57,330 nt of DNA, from the NCBI GenBank assembly GCA_964549305.1, contig CAZJVM010000009.1:1-57330 (forward strand), in the 5' to 3' direction. How positions within the stretch are numbered: position 1 is the stretch's first letter; each line of letters begins with the position of its first letter. Origin of the DNA: an uncultured bacterium (GTDB lineage Bacteria > Schekmanbacteria > GWA2-38-11 > J061). Below, in pieces: positions 9,587-19,966 of this stretch. The position numbers were made by a program, and so were the translations under genes. Below the pieces are notes generated by a model. That model ran no database searches. It saw only the letters and a program-made list of their open reading frames with translations, and was not told where the DNA came from.

Positions 9587-10135
9587 TTATTTCCATTTAA
9601 TGGAACACCCCATCGAAGGAAACTGATAAGGGGAAACGAGCTCTCCCCGCGAAAGATTTTCTATTGCCTCCTTTAGTTCTTCTTTTGTAACGGCTTTTTC
9701 ATCCTGCCAGTTATCGTCGAATCTTCCGTGATAAACAAGCCGTGAATCCGCATCGTATAGATATATATCCGGCGTACATTGCGCGAAGAATTGTCTTGCG
9801 ATTTCCTGCGATTCATCAATCATATAGGGAAAGTCTATCTTCAGGACTTCGATATTTTTTTTCATCATTTCCGCACTGTCTTCGGGATATTCGGGATGGA
9901 TGTTGGGATTGACGGCAACTGTATTTATCCCCACTTCCCCTGCATATCCCGCCAGTCTTATAAATCTCTTCCATAGCGCCTTTGCATAAGGACAGTGATT
10001 GCAGGTAAAAACAATTAGAAGCCCTTTCTCACCTGCTAATTCCGCACTTTTATAAAGTTTTCCGAAAGGGTCGGGAAGTTCAAAATCCGGCATTTTGCTT
10101 CCCAAAGGCAAATCTACGGATTCCACAAGCGCCAT
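9587..10135 (-). CDS. thioredoxin-like AhpC/TSA family protein
   Basis: PDFELPD, FTCNHCPY, DESQEIAR, CTPD, YHGRFDD, SMGCSIKW. Confidence 0.92.
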   Translation of the reverse strand: MALVESVDLPLGSKMPDFELPDPFGKLYKSAELAGEKGLLIVFTCNHCPYAKALWKRFIRLAGYAGEVGINTVAVNPNIHPEYPEDSAEMMKKNIEVLKIDFPYMIDESQEIARQFFAQCTPDIYLYDADSRLVYHGRFDDNWQDEKAVTKEELKEAIENLSRGELVSPYQFPSMGCSIKWK

Positions 10136-10188
10136 AGTTCGACTCCATGTTTAATGAAAAGCAATAACCTGAAGACACTGCCTCAAAA

Positions 10189-10608
10189 TCAGTGAGTCCT
10201 TTCGCTGTCGCCCTTATCGGTTTGAGGCAGCATCCAAATCTCATCGCCGATTTCTATATTGGCGAATTCCGATATGGCATCACGTCCTTTTCTTAAAAGC
10301 GCGGCAACGAAGAAATGATTTGCAAGTATGGTTGCTGTTTTTTTATTCACGGAAGAGGAGAGAAGAAATCTTTTATAGGCATCTTTCCCTGCTTCCAGAG
10401 CATTCGATTTCTCCTTCTCGAGAGTACTTTTTAAAAATGTCTTCGATACCTGAAGTGCCCCCTCGTTAAAACATTCGCCCACTGCCTCCGAGATATCGAG
10501 AAATACCATCGATGACAATATATTCATTGCTTCTTCGGTCTTTTCATTAACAGCGCTGTCATTCACGTCAATTTCGCTAACCGAAAAATCAATTATCTTA
10601 AAGTTCAT
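10189..10608 (-). CDS. hypothetical protein
   Basis: 139-aa ORF with GGAG RBS, co-oriented with the thioredoxin-like gene; no motif recognised. Confidence 0.65.
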   Translation of the reverse strand: MNFKIIDFSVSEIDVNDSAVNEKTEEAMNILSSMVFLDISEAVGECFNEGALQVSKTFLKSTLEKEKSNALEAGKDAYKRFLLSSSVNKKTATILANHFFVAALLRKGRDAISEFANIEIGDEIWMLPQTDKGDSERTH

Positions 10609-10991
10609 ATCAACTCCGTTTATATTTTATATTTCAATTACTTATAAGTTATTTATTAATGCATTAAATAAATATCATTCCGCAGAATAATTTTCCTAAT
10701 CTCAGCAAATAAAGTATCACTATAAAATAAATAAGTTATTAATATTTTAAGAACAGAGTGATGATGCTTTGGAAGATAATGCTGAGACCCGCATAGTGCA
10801 TTGTTTTGATTTGGATGTCAAGACAATAATAATATGTCTAAAAATGTCTTCTTGCGACATTAAATGAATTTGATTGAACATTTAGATTATTAAAGAGTTA
10901 TTTCAAATGACAGATAAAAACTTTGCCTTGCCTGAGCATAGAGTCTTTAATATTATGTACCTTTACAAACTTTATTCAGGGACTCTGAAAT

Positions 10992-11729
10992 ATGAAGATG
11001 GCAATCATTTCTGATATTCATTCAAACCTCGAAGCGTTGGAGGTTGTTTTAAAAAAAATTGAAGATACAGGAGTAGAGACAATATATTGCCTCGGTGATA
11101 TAGTCGGTTACAATGCCAACCCCAACGAGTGTGTTGATATAATGCGAAAAAAGAATATCCCCTGCGTTATGGGAAACCACGACCGTGTTGCCTGCGGAAT
11201 AGAAGAACCGGTTTTTTTTAATTCCCTTGCAAAGGAAGCAGTCCTGTGGACAAGAGGACAACTTACTGACGAGAACAGGACTTTTCTGAAAAAACTTCCT
11301 GAAACAATGAGGATAGGAAAAAAAATATTGTGCGTCCACGGGTCACCGCGCGACGGGGACGAATATATTCTCAGTCATACCACAGGCGATAATTGTCTTG
11401 ATTATCTGCAGGAGCATTATCCGGAAATTCAGATTTGTTTCTTCGGGCACACCCATTACAAGGCGGTTTATACAGACGAAGATATATCATTGAAAGGGAA
11501 AAACAAAATTCAGTTTTCAGTAAAAAAAGACCAGATTTATCTTATAAATCCCGGCAGTACGGGACAACCGAGAGACAGGGACTGGAGGGCATCATTTATT
11601 CTATATGACGAAGACAAAAACAATATAACCTACTGCCTCGAAAAATATGAAATTAACAAAACCGCGGAAAAGATAAAAAAAGAAGACCTGCCGGATTATC
11701 TCGCGGAAAGACTTTATGAAGGGCGTTGA
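10992..11729 (+). CDS. calcineurin-like metallophosphoesterase
   Basis: SDIHSN, LGDIVGY, GNHD, VHGSP, GHTH, INPGSTGQPRD. Confidence 0.93.
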   Translation: MKMAIISDIHSNLEALEVVLKKIEDTGVETIYCLGDIVGYNANPNECVDIMRKKNIPCVMGNHDRVACGIEEPVFFNSLAKEAVLWTRGQLTDENRTFLKKLPETMRIGKKILCVHGSPRDGDEYILSHTTGDNCLDYLQEHYPEIQICFFGHTHYKAVYTDEDISLKGKNKIQFSVKKDQIYLINPGSTGQPRDRDWRASFILYDEDKNNITYCLEKYEINKTAEKIKKEDLPDYLAERLYEGR

Positions 11730-11730
11730 A

Positions 11731-12159
11731 ATGAGCAATATGACATTTTTTATAGGCGGAATAATACAGGGTTCGATTGGAGAGAAAAAAATACATTCTC
11801 AGGATTACAGGGAAAGGATAAAAAAAATAATACTGAAAAAATATGCTGACGCCAATGTAATCTGCCCATTCTCTCAGCACCCCGAATCCATAAATTACGG
11901 ATATGAAAAAGGGAAAAAAACCTTTTTCAACCTCGTGGAAACGGCATCCGGCGCAGACGTCCTTATCGCCTATCTTCCCGAAGCAAGCATGGGCACTGGA
12001 ATTGAAATGTGGGAAGCAAAGAAAAAGGGTAAGTTTATAGTTTCCATATCCCCTCTTGAGATAAACTGGTGTGTAAAATTTCTTTCCGATGTAATATGCT
12101 CTGACATTAATGAATTTGAAGAATGGATTTTACAAGGCGATATTCAGGAAAACATTTAA
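11731..12159 (+). CDS. nucleoside 2-deoxyribosyltransferase-like protein
   Basis: FFIGG...DYR...ICP...ADVLIAYLP.ASMGTGIEMWEA matches the NDT-fold GTxxE pattern. Start moved to ATG 11731, just after the upstream stop. Confidence 0.6.
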   Translation: MSNMTFFIGGIIQGSIGEKKIHSQDYRERIKKIILKKYADANVICPFSQHPESINYGYEKGKKTFFNLVETASGADVLIAYLPEASMGTGIEMWEAKKKGKFIVSISPLEINWCVKFLSDVICSDINEFEEWILQGDIQENI

Positions 12160-12198
12160 GATAAAATACCGCTAACAGTTCAACTTTTTCCCAACTTC

Positions 12199-12227
12199 TT
12201 GACAACTGTCCTATATTCGTTTATTTT
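12199..12227 (+). promoter_or_regulatory. sigma70-like promoter of efp
   Basis: TTGACA at 12199-12204, 17-nt spacer, TATTTT at 12222-12227; AAGGAG RBS downstream. Confidence 0.45.
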
Positions 12228-12283
12228 TCCGCCATCATTTTATTATTTCGAAGACAGAAATATAAATAAGGAGATGCAAATAA

Positions 12284-12841
12284 ATGATTTCGACTGCGGA
12301 TTTCAGAAAAGGGATGAAACTAAAACTTTCCGAAGGGTTGTTTGAAATTTCTGACATACAGCACACCAAAATGGCGCGAAGAGGCGCTACGATAAGGGTA
12401 AAGCTAAAAAACCTCCATACCGGTTCGGTTATCGAAAGAGTGTATAATTCCGGCGAAACATTTGACCAGCCGGATTTCGAGCAGAAGAACGCCCAGTTTC
12501 TCTACAGTGACGGCGGACAGTTTCACTTTATGGAAAATGACACATACGAACAATTTCAGATGTCGGAAGAAGCCATAGGCGACAACCGCTGGTTTTTGAA
12601 AGAAGGAGATGGAATTCAGGTCCTGCTCTTCGAAGGAAACCCGGTAAATATCGACATACCCGTTAAAGTCATCCTTAAAGTCACGGAAACGGAACCGGCA
12701 ATAAAAGGTGACACAGTGAACAATGTAACTAAAAACGCCACAATGGAAACAGGGCTTGTAGTAAAGGTTCCGCTCTTTATAAAGGAAGGCGAACTTCTGA
12801 AAATAGACACGAGGACAAAATCCTACATAGAACGCGCGTAA
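12284..12841 (+). CDS. efp: translation elongation factor P
   Basis: DFRKGMK, RVKLKNL.TG, QFLY.DG, TYEQ, ETEP..KGDT, KNATMETG, VPLFI..GE..KIDTR...YIERA. Confidence 0.96.
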   Translation: MISTADFRKGMKLKLSEGLFEISDIQHTKMARRGATIRVKLKNLHTGSVIERVYNSGETFDQPDFEQKNAQFLYSDGGQFHFMENDTYEQFQMSEEAIGDNRWFLKEGDGIQVLLFEGNPVNIDIPVKVILKVTETEPAIKGDTVNNVTKNATMETGLVVKVPLFIKEGELLKIDTRTKSYIERA

Positions 12842-12863
12842 TAAAGCGGGTTGTCACTAAAAA

Positions 12864-14243
12864 TTATCTGCTTCCCGTCTGCCCTTTGTAATAACTTATC
12901 CATTTTTTCAAAAAATCATCTTCGTTTTTTCGGCAGGCGGTCAACAATGCTTCTTTAAAAGAAGTACCGTCTTTTTCTTTTTTAAAGATATCCCTAATAA
13001 TTGTGGCAGGATATTCTGATATAAGATGGTCAACAAAGGAAAGCGCAAGAATATTTAATATTTTTCCATCACTTTTGTTTTCAGGAAAACCTGTAATATT
13101 AAGGAGGACTTTGAATTTCTGATTATCAATTGCCCCAATTAATTCTTCATTGGCAATGCCCCAAAAGGAATAACCTGCCGCTTTAAGGGATATTCCCCTG
13201 TGAAATATATTGCTTTTCTCATCACCTAAATATTTTCCGATTATCTTTTCGCTTAATAAATATTTTAGAGACCTCTTATATTGAATAATTTTCTCTGTTA
13301 AGGAATCCACGGGAATATAAAGAGTGTCAATCTGAAATACGTCATATTCAGGTGTCAGAGGCACAGAATTAATGTCTGAATCAGATATCATTAAGCTCAC
13401 CTTCGTTGCCGTATTAATTCCATATAAAGATGAAAGTGACGCGTAAACCTCTCCTGCCGCAGAATAGATGATATTTTCAGTAAGCGGAGATTTGGAATAA
13501 TCAGAAACTAAGACAAGAGCAGACTTCCCCTTTTTTACACTTTCCGGGTTTATTGAATATTTCGATTCGATTCTATCTCTGAGCATCTGCGCGGAAGAAT
13601 GAAATGATTTTTCCTGAAGTATTTTATAAAGTATTTCATAGGAAGACGAATATTTCCCCGTTTCATAAAGTATATTCGAAAGAGTGACTCCGTAGTCCGC
13701 GTCATCGGGATAATTATCCCTGTATTTTTCCAACAGATTAAGCGCTTCGCTCAACTCACCGGCAACACGGTATGTATTCGCTTTTTCAAATATGAGAATT
13801 TTCAGAGGTGATATCTCCAGTGCCTTGTCATATAATTTGCGAGCTTCTTCCAGATTACCCTCTTCAAACTTTTTCATTGCCTGAACTGAGTATATCTTCT
13901 GCAGTGTTTCATTTACATCATCGGATTCCCTGATTCCCCTCGCTTTCTCAAACAACCTGACTGCCTCATCGAGGTTTCCCAGCGTATACTGCTTCATTGC
14001 CGAGATATAGAAAATGTCGTAGGCTTTTTCATCGGATTCATCAGAATTTTCCCGGGCTTCAGTTTTGCCATTATCCTGTCTCATAACAGAGGAGCTGCTT
14101 TTCCCCGGAAATGGAACCTTCTCCTTATTAAAAGGGCGATAATAAAAATAGAGGGTAAGCAGTATGGCAATTGCCGAAATGATAAGGTTTCTTACAAGGT
14201 TGCCGTATAACTCTTCCTTCCCGCGTTTCGGCATATCAGTCAA
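12864..14243 (-). CDS. membrane-anchored TPR protein with degenerate peptidase-MA-like C-terminal region
   Basis: Single N-terminal TM; TPRs (GNLDEAVRLFEKA, GNLEEARKLYDKALEISP); C-terminal ALSFVDHLI...F.EAL...W pattern. Confidence 0.7.
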   Translation of the reverse strand: MTDMPKRGKEELYGNLVRNLIISAIAILLTLYFYYRPFNKEKVPFPGKSSSSVMRQDNGKTEARENSDESDEKAYDIFYISAMKQYTLGNLDEAVRLFEKARGIRESDDVNETLQKIYSVQAMKKFEEGNLEEARKLYDKALEISPLKILIFEKANTYRVAGELSEALNLLEKYRDNYPDDADYGVTLSNILYETGKYSSSYEILYKILQEKSFHSSAQMLRDRIESKYSINPESVKKGKSALVLVSDYSKSPLTENIIYSAAGEVYASLSSLYGINTATKVSLMISDSDINSVPLTPEYDVFQIDTLYIPVDSLTEKIIQYKRSLKYLLSEKIIGKYLGDEKSNIFHRGISLKAAGYSFWGIANEELIGAIDNQKFKVLLNITGFPENKSDGKILNILALSFVDHLISEYPATIIRDIFKKEKDGTSFKEALLTACRKNEDDFLKKWISYYKGQTGSR

Positions 14244-14481
14244 TCCTTATGCCGAAGAATCTTAAAATGTAATAAATGATTATGGTAACCGAAATAAGTA
14301 TGGTTACATCGAGAGGATAACCTATAAGAAAACTATAGAGACCGTCCCAGTAAAAGAGCAAGTATTTTTGAACTTCAAGAATAGTATCTTCTTCGATGAG
14401 AAGAAAACCTGCCCACGCAAGGAGAATGGCAAGAAAATCAGCTCCTAAAATGGCATATAAAAAAGGTTTGCGGTTTTTCAC
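14236..14481 (-). CDS. small two-TM membrane protein
   Basis: GTG start with GGAG upstream, two hydrophobic segments, 8-nt overlap with the TPR gene. Confidence 0.6.
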   Translation of the reverse strand: MKNRKPFLYAILGADFLAILLAWAGFLLIEEDTILEVQKYLLFYWDGLYSFLIGYPLDVTILISVTIIIYYILRFFGIRID

Positions 14482-14610
14482 AAAACTACTCCGGAATTTT
14501 TGCCTAAGTTTCGTATTATTATAGCAAAGACATAGGGAATATCCTCAAAAAAAGTAATTAAAGAGGGATGTTAAAAATGTTTTTGTATTAATGGTAAAGG
14601 AATAGTTAAT

Positions 14611-15690
14611 TCAAAGAATATTTTTTTTGCCTTTTTTCGCGAGAAATTCCACAACCTTCCGTACATCCTGAGATTTACCTCTTTTACAGACAAACACCCT
14701 GTTTCCGGATTTTACCACGATTAAATCCTTTACTCCCTGAAGAACAATATTGCCTTCTCTGCTGAAGGCGATATTGTTACCGGAATCGAGAATGAAATTT
14801 TCCCCGCAGGAAATGTTTTTCTTTTTATCAGATGAAAACACATTTTCAAGGGCATCCCAACTTCCAATATCCGTCCAATTCATCGAAGAAGGCACGACAA
14901 GCGTGTTTCGCGCCTTTTCAAGAATCGCATAATCGATGGAATCTTTCTCAAGTCCGCCATATTCGGATTTCAACACTTTTTCATATTTTGCTTTGCCGAT
15001 GCTGTTTTCTATTTTCAGGAGTGATTTATAAAGCGAAGGAGAGTATTTTTTGAACTCGCCGAGTATTGTTTCAGTCTTCCATCCGAATATCCCGCTATTC
15101 CAGAAGTAGTTTCCGGAAGCTATGTATTTCTTTGCCAAGTTAAGAACGGGTTTTTCAGTAAACTTATCCACTCTGCACACCTCATAACTGCCAATCTTTT
15201 TCAGTCTCTCACCCTTCTTTATATAACCATACCCTGTTTCGGGATAGGAGGGTTTGAAGCCGATTGTATAAAGGGCGTCGAATTCATCTACGGATTTTAA
15301 CACCGCCTTCAATGTGCCTCTCAGTTTTGCGGGAGTTTTTATGATATGGTCTGACGGCATTACGACAAAGGCGGAATCTTTGCTTCTTTTTCTGATATGC
15401 ACCGCGGCAAGACCTATGCAGGGCGCCGTATTTTTTCCTTCCGGCTCGAGTATGATGTTTTTACGGGGAAGTTTCGGAAGTTGCTCCCTTACAAGGTCAT
15501 ACTGCTCCTTCGCGGTTACGATTATTATATTTTTCAAGTCAAAAAGCGGATGAAGACGTTTAACCGTTGACTGAATAAGCGTTTCTTTGCCGAGAATTCT
15601 TAAAAACTGTTTGGGAGTGTCGCCCGAACTCAAAGGCCAGAATCTCGTACCCCTTCCGCCTGCCATTATTACAGCATAAGAATTCTTCAT
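14611..15690 (-). CDS. manC: mannose-1-phosphate guanylyltransferase
   Basis: MAGGRGTRFWPLS, PKQFL, EPEGKNTAP, PSDH, ETGYGYI, FTEKP, WNSG, SIDYA, WTDIGSW; no PMI cupin domain. Confidence 0.94.
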   Translation of the reverse strand: MKNSYAVIMAGGRGTRFWPLSSGDTPKQFLRILGKETLIQSTVKRLHPLFDLKNIIIVTAKEQYDLVREQLPKLPRKNIILEPEGKNTAPCIGLAAVHIRKRSKDSAFVVMPSDHIIKTPAKLRGTLKAVLKSVDEFDALYTIGFKPSYPETGYGYIKKGERLKKIGSYEVCRVDKFTEKPVLNLAKKYIASGNYFWNSGIFGWKTETILGEFKKYSPSLYKSLLKIENSIGKAKYEKVLKSEYGGLEKDSIDYAILEKARNTLVVPSSMNWTDIGSWDALENVFSSDKKKNISCGENFILDSGNNIAFSREGNIVLQGVKDLIVVKSGNRVFVCKRGKSQDVRKVVEFLAKKGKKNIL

Positions 15691-16091
15691 TACTTTTCCA
15701 CCAACTCCGTAAGAATGCCTGTTGAGCTTTTAGGATGAATGAAGGCGATTTTTTTGTCGTGAAGCCCTCTGCGCGGAGTTTTGTCTATCAGTTTGGCGCC
15801 TCCCGATTCAAGCTCATTAAGAGCATTTTCAATGTTATCCACTTCGTACGCAAGATGATGTATGCCACTTCCCTTCTTTTCGATAAACTTCTTTATGGGA
15901 CTGTCATCTTTAATTGCCTCGAGAAATTCTATTTTCGAATCGCCAACCTTGAAAGCAAGTATTTTAACACCCTGCGATTCCACAATTTCAACATCAAATG
16001 ACTCAAGGTTAAGAGTGTCAGAGTAAAATTTCTTTACATCATCAAGGTTTTCGACGGCTATACCTATATGGTCTATTTTATTTATTTTCAA
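15690..16091 (-). CDS. mce: methylmalonyl-CoA epimerase
   Basis: IDHIGIAV, IEFLE, SPIKKFIEKKG.GIHHLA, IAFIHPKS..G.LTELVE; adjacent to the mutase. Confidence 0.94.
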   Translation of the reverse strand: MKINKIDHIGIAVENLDDVKKFYSDTLNLESFDVEIVESQGVKILAFKVGDSKIEFLEAIKDDSPIKKFIEKKGSGIHHLAYEVDNIENALNELESGGAKLIDKTPRRGLHDKKIAFIHPKSSTGILTELVEK

Positions 16092-16133
16092 TATGTTATC
16101 CTCTTATTGTTAATCTTTCAGGTTAAGCTAATT

Positions 16134-17798
16134 TTACAATGTAACCGTTTCCCTGTGCTTGCCGAAAACTTTTTTCATAGCACCGGCAATCTCCCCAAGC
16201 GTGTTATAATCTCGTACTGCCTCTATTATCACAGGCATAAGATTGCCTTCCCCTTTTGCTGTTTCTTCTATTTTTGCAAGAGATTTTACGCTTTTTGAAT
16301 TGTCGCGTCTGCTCCTCAGCGCTGACAATTTTTCCCTCTGCTTGTTCTCGATTGAAGGGTCGACTTTAAGCAGGTCCGCGACGGGTTCTTCATCAACGGT
16401 AAATTCGTTGACGCCTACTACAATCTGCTCCTTGGACTCAACCATCTTCTGGTAGTTATATGCGCTGTCCTGAATTTCCTTCTGTATGAATCCTCTCTCA
16501 ATTGCCTTGAGCATACCTCCCATAGAATCGATTTTATCGATGTATTCCTTCGACCTCTCTTCTATCTCCTTTGTGAGAGTTTCCACTGCGTACGAACCTC
16601 CTACGGGGTCGACGGTATCGGTCACGCCCGATTCACAGGCAATAATCTGCTGAGTGCGCAATGCGATTCTCACGGCATCTTCTGTGGGAAGCGCGAGCGC
16701 TTCATCCATTGAATTTGTGTGAAGTGACTGAGTGCCTCCCAGAACAGCGGCTAACGCCTGCATTGTAACGCGGATAATGTTTGTCTGAGGTTGCTGTGCC
16801 GTGAGAGTGCATCCTGCCGTCTGAGTGTGAAATCTCAGCATACAGGAACGGGGGTCCTGCGCCCTGAATCTTTCCTTCATAATCTTTGCCCATAGACGGC
16901 GCGCCGCTCTGAATTTGGCAATCTCTTCGATAAAATTATTGTGTACATTGAAGAAAAAAGATATTCGCCTTGCAAAGGCATCTACCTCGAGTCCCGCCTT
17001 TAATGCGGCATCCACATAGGCAATGCCGTCCGCGAGAGTAAAGGCGACTTCCTGCACAGCAGACGAACCTGCCTCTCTTATGTGATAACCGCTCACGCTA
17101 ATAGTGTTGAATTTCGGAAGGTTATCCTTGCAGTAGGCAAATATGTCGGTAATTATTCTCATTGAGGGCGCGGGCGGATAGATGAATGTCCCCCTTGCCA
17201 CATATTCCTTCAGAATATCGTTTTGAATGGTGCCTGAAAGTTTTTCAGGGGGAACGCCCTGTTTTTCACCTACGACAATATACATCGCAAGCAGGAGGCT
17301 TGCCGTTGCATTGATTGTCATCGATGTGCTTACCTTGTCCAGGGGAATCCCGTTAAAAAGTGTCTCCATATCCTCAAGGGAATCAATGGCAACACCCACC
17401 TTCCCTACTTCGCCTCCCGACATTGAATCATCGGAATCATACCCCATCTGCGTCGGCAGGTCGAAGGCAATGCTCAAACCCGTCTGTCCCTGATCGAGCA
17501 GATAATGGTATCTTTTATTCGATTCCTCGGCATCTCCGAACCCCGCGTACTGGCGCATAGTCCAGAATCTTCCGCGATACATTGTCTTCTGCACTCCGCG
17601 GGTGAACGGATATTCCCCCGGTACTCCGATCTCATCGTCAATATTGATATTTTCAGTGTCAGCAGGCGTGTATAAAAGTTTTACAGGTATATCGGAAGTG
17701 GTATTACGCGGTTTCAGGGCGTCCTTCTGTTTGCTTTCTCTAATGCTTTCTTCCCATTTTTCAATACGTTTCTTTATGTCTCCAATGTCGTCATTCAC
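16134..17798 (-). CDS. methylmalonyl-CoA mutase, large (substrate-binding) subunit
   Basis: [19 protein letters not shown] (Tyr specificity residue), [38 protein letters not shown]; no B12-binding domain; GTG start with GGAG. Confidence 0.93.
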   Translation of the reverse strand: MNDDIGDIKKRIEKWEESIRESKQKDALKPRNTTSDIPVKLLYTPADTENINIDDEIGVPGEYPFTRGVQKTMYRGRFWTMRQYAGFGDAEESNKRYHYLLDQGQTGLSIAFDLPTQMGYDSDDSMSGGEVGKVGVAIDSLEDMETLFNGIPLDKVSTSMTINATASLLLAMYIVVGEKQGVPPEKLSGTIQNDILKEYVARGTFIYPPAPSMRIITDIFAYCKDNLPKFNTISVSGYHIREAGSSAVQEVAFTLADGIAYVDAALKAGLEVDAFARRISFFFNVHNNFIEEIAKFRAARRLWAKIMKERFRAQDPRSCMLRFHTQTAGCTLTAQQPQTNIIRVTMQALAAVLGGTQSLHTNSMDEALALPTEDAVRIALRTQQIIACESGVTDTVDPVGGSYAVETLTKEIEERSKEYIDKIDSMGGMLKAIERGFIQKEIQDSAYNYQKMVESKEQIVVGVNEFTVDEEPVADLLKVDPSIENKQREKLSALRSRRDNSKSVKSLAKIEETAKGEGNLMPVIIEAVRDYNTLGEIAGAMKKVFGKHRETVTL

Positions 17799-17956
17799 CT
17801 TTCAACATCTCCTTATTAGTTAATTTGTTGCATACTCAATAAGCTTTTTCTTTTACATCAAATAAAAGCATTCAGTCAAGAGGAGAGAGTTTGGAGTTTA
17901 GTTAAGAGTAAAAATGTAATAAACTTATTTCTTAAAAAATCATATACCATACCCTA

Positions 17957-19711
17957 ATGAAAGAATCTTATAAAAACAACAGTACTATTTTCGCGGTCTG
18001 CGTTGCAGTGCTTGCCGGATTTTTATCTTTTTCATTATACCTTCCTTCAATTAAGGTGCCATTCCTTTTCGACGACCTTCTGATTATCAATCCTTCTGTG
18101 GATTATTCCGGAGGGATTAGAGCGCTTCTTGAAAATATCAATATCTTTTCATCGAGACCCCTTCTCGGTGTGACTTATACTCTAAATTCAGTAATATCAG
18201 GCACAAACCCCGAAGGTTATCATTTTATAAATATATTCCTTCATTTTCTAAATTCTCTGATGCTCTTTTTTATAATGAGAATCCTTCTTTTAAGAACTTC
18301 GAAAACCAGCGACCTGCTTACGATAAACATTATCAGCTTCTCATCTGTTATATTTTTTCTTGTTCATCCTCTTGCATCTGAATCAGTTATTTACATAACG
18401 GGAAGGTCGTCACTGCTTTACAGCTTTTTCATTCTTCTGTCGTTTTACTTTTTTCTGAAAGCAGTTGAATCAGAGGGAAAACAATCGTTTCTCCTCCTCA
18501 TACCTTCTCTGTCGTTTTTCATATGCGCGCTTGCGAGCAAGGAGATTGCGCTGATTTTTTCCGCAATTCTTCTTATGGCAGTTTTTTTCTTCTTTTATTC
18601 AGGAAAATATAAAAAACGTAATATTCTCCTTCTTCTTCCCTATGCCGTTGTTTCTCTGCTTTTAATTGTCATAAAAATGCCATTTCTTCTTTCATTGAGC
18701 AGTCCCGATAAAACGATACGTCCTTTCGGCACGCATATCCTTACTGAATTTTACATATTCGCCCATTCTGTCATTAAAACAGCTTTTCCCGTAAACCTTA
18801 ATTTAGACCCTTATTTCGATAACATAACGACTATCTTTGATTTTAGGTTTTTGGCAGGAGTTACTCTCTTCGTAATTTCTATTTTCATCATAGTTTATCT
18901 CAGGGACAAGTCGCCGGTTACTGCTTTTGGTATTGCCTGGTTCCTCGTTTCCTTTTCTCCTCACCTTGTTATACGCCTGAAAGACTATATGTCCGAAAGA
19001 TGGCTTTATTTCCCCCTCCTGGCGATTCCGTTTATTTTTTCTCACGTATGTTTATTTTTTTTCAAAGAAGCCATCAGGAGAAAAACTCTCGCCACAGTTT
19101 GTGTTCTTTTCCTCTGCGCGTCATCTTGCTGTTATGGTTTCCTCATTATTAACCGCCAATGGGATTGGAAGAGCGATATTGCCATATGGACAGACACGGC
19201 AAAAAAATCCCCGGAGAAGTTTCGCCCTCACGCAAATCTCGGTTTTGCGCTTCTCGGTAAAAAGAGATTCGCCGAAGCGGAAAAAGAATTTCAGAAGGCA
19301 ATTTCCATCAACAGCGAATACGCGGAAATTCACTATTATTTAGCGCAGGTTTATATGGGTACTAACGATGAGAAAAGCGCGCTGAAAGAGTTGGAAAAAT
19401 CTCTTCAATATCTCCCCTATTACGACTACGCGGACAATCCCGTCTACTACAACGCGTTTATTAATATAGGAGTCTTACATTTTAAAAAGGGAGAAAAACA
19501 AAAAGCCTTTGAATCATTTATTTCAGCAATAAGAGAAAATCCTGAGCGCGCGCAGGCATACAACAATTTGGGCATACTCTATCTGAGCACGGGCGAACTT
19601 AAAAAAGCGGAAAACAGTTTTCTCACTGCCCTAAACAAGGACAGTAATAACCTAAACGCTAAGCTCAACCTTGCAGATATCTACAGGCAGAGTGATAAAC
19701 AGACACGGTGA
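17957..19711 (+). CDS. TMTC-like GT-C membrane glycosyltransferase with C-terminal TPRs
   Basis: FLFDD, SRPL, YHFINIFLH, VHPL.SESV.YI.GR, SKE, SERWLYFP, W.SD...W, followed by several TPRs. Confidence 0.85.
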   Translation: MKESYKNNSTIFAVCVAVLAGFLSFSLYLPSIKVPFLFDDLLIINPSVDYSGGIRALLENINIFSSRPLLGVTYTLNSVISGTNPEGYHFINIFLHFLNSLMLFFIMRILLLRTSKTSDLLTINIISFSSVIFFLVHPLASESVIYITGRSSLLYSFFILLSFYFFLKAVESEGKQSFLLLIPSLSFFICALASKEIALIFSAILLMAVFFFFYSGKYKKRNILLLLPYAVVSLLLIVIKMPFLLSLSSPDKTIRPFGTHILTEFYIFAHSVIKTAFPVNLNLDPYFDNITTIFDFRFLAGVTLFVISIFIIVYLRDKSPVTAFGIAWFLVSFSPHLVIRLKDYMSERWLYFPLLAIPFIFSHVCLFFFKEAIRRKTLATVCVLFLCASSCCYGFLIINRQWDWKSDIAIWTDTAKKSPEKFRPHANLGFALLGKKRFAEAEKEFQKAISINSEYAEIHYYLAQVYMGTNDEKSALKELEKSLQYLPYYDYADNPVYYNAFINIGVLHFKKGEKQKAFESFISAIRENPERAQAYNNLGILYLSTGELKKAENSFLTALNKDSNNLNAKLNLADIYRQSDKQTR

Positions 19712-19966
19712 CAGGGAGTTCAGGGAGAAAAATCTCTATCTATTATTTTTTCGGTTCGCTCACTCATCCTTATCTTAGCAAATAGGGGCAAACACGACGG
19801 TCTGCGTCATGCATTACCCAATCAGACATAGATAAATTCTTATGCCTCAGTTTTTCCTTCTCTCACCTGAACTTTTTTAAAGGGGTTAAAAAGCAAAAAA
19901 ATCTGACAGAAAAGTAAAAAGAGAAACATTTATGTGGATGGAAGACGAGAAAACTATTCTTCAGGT

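Noticed and set aside
19780-19812. TAGGGGCAAACACG... as a REP or c-di-GMP riboswitch
   Set aside because: The complementary arm and the GAAA tetraloop/receptor are missing; at most a decayed remnant.
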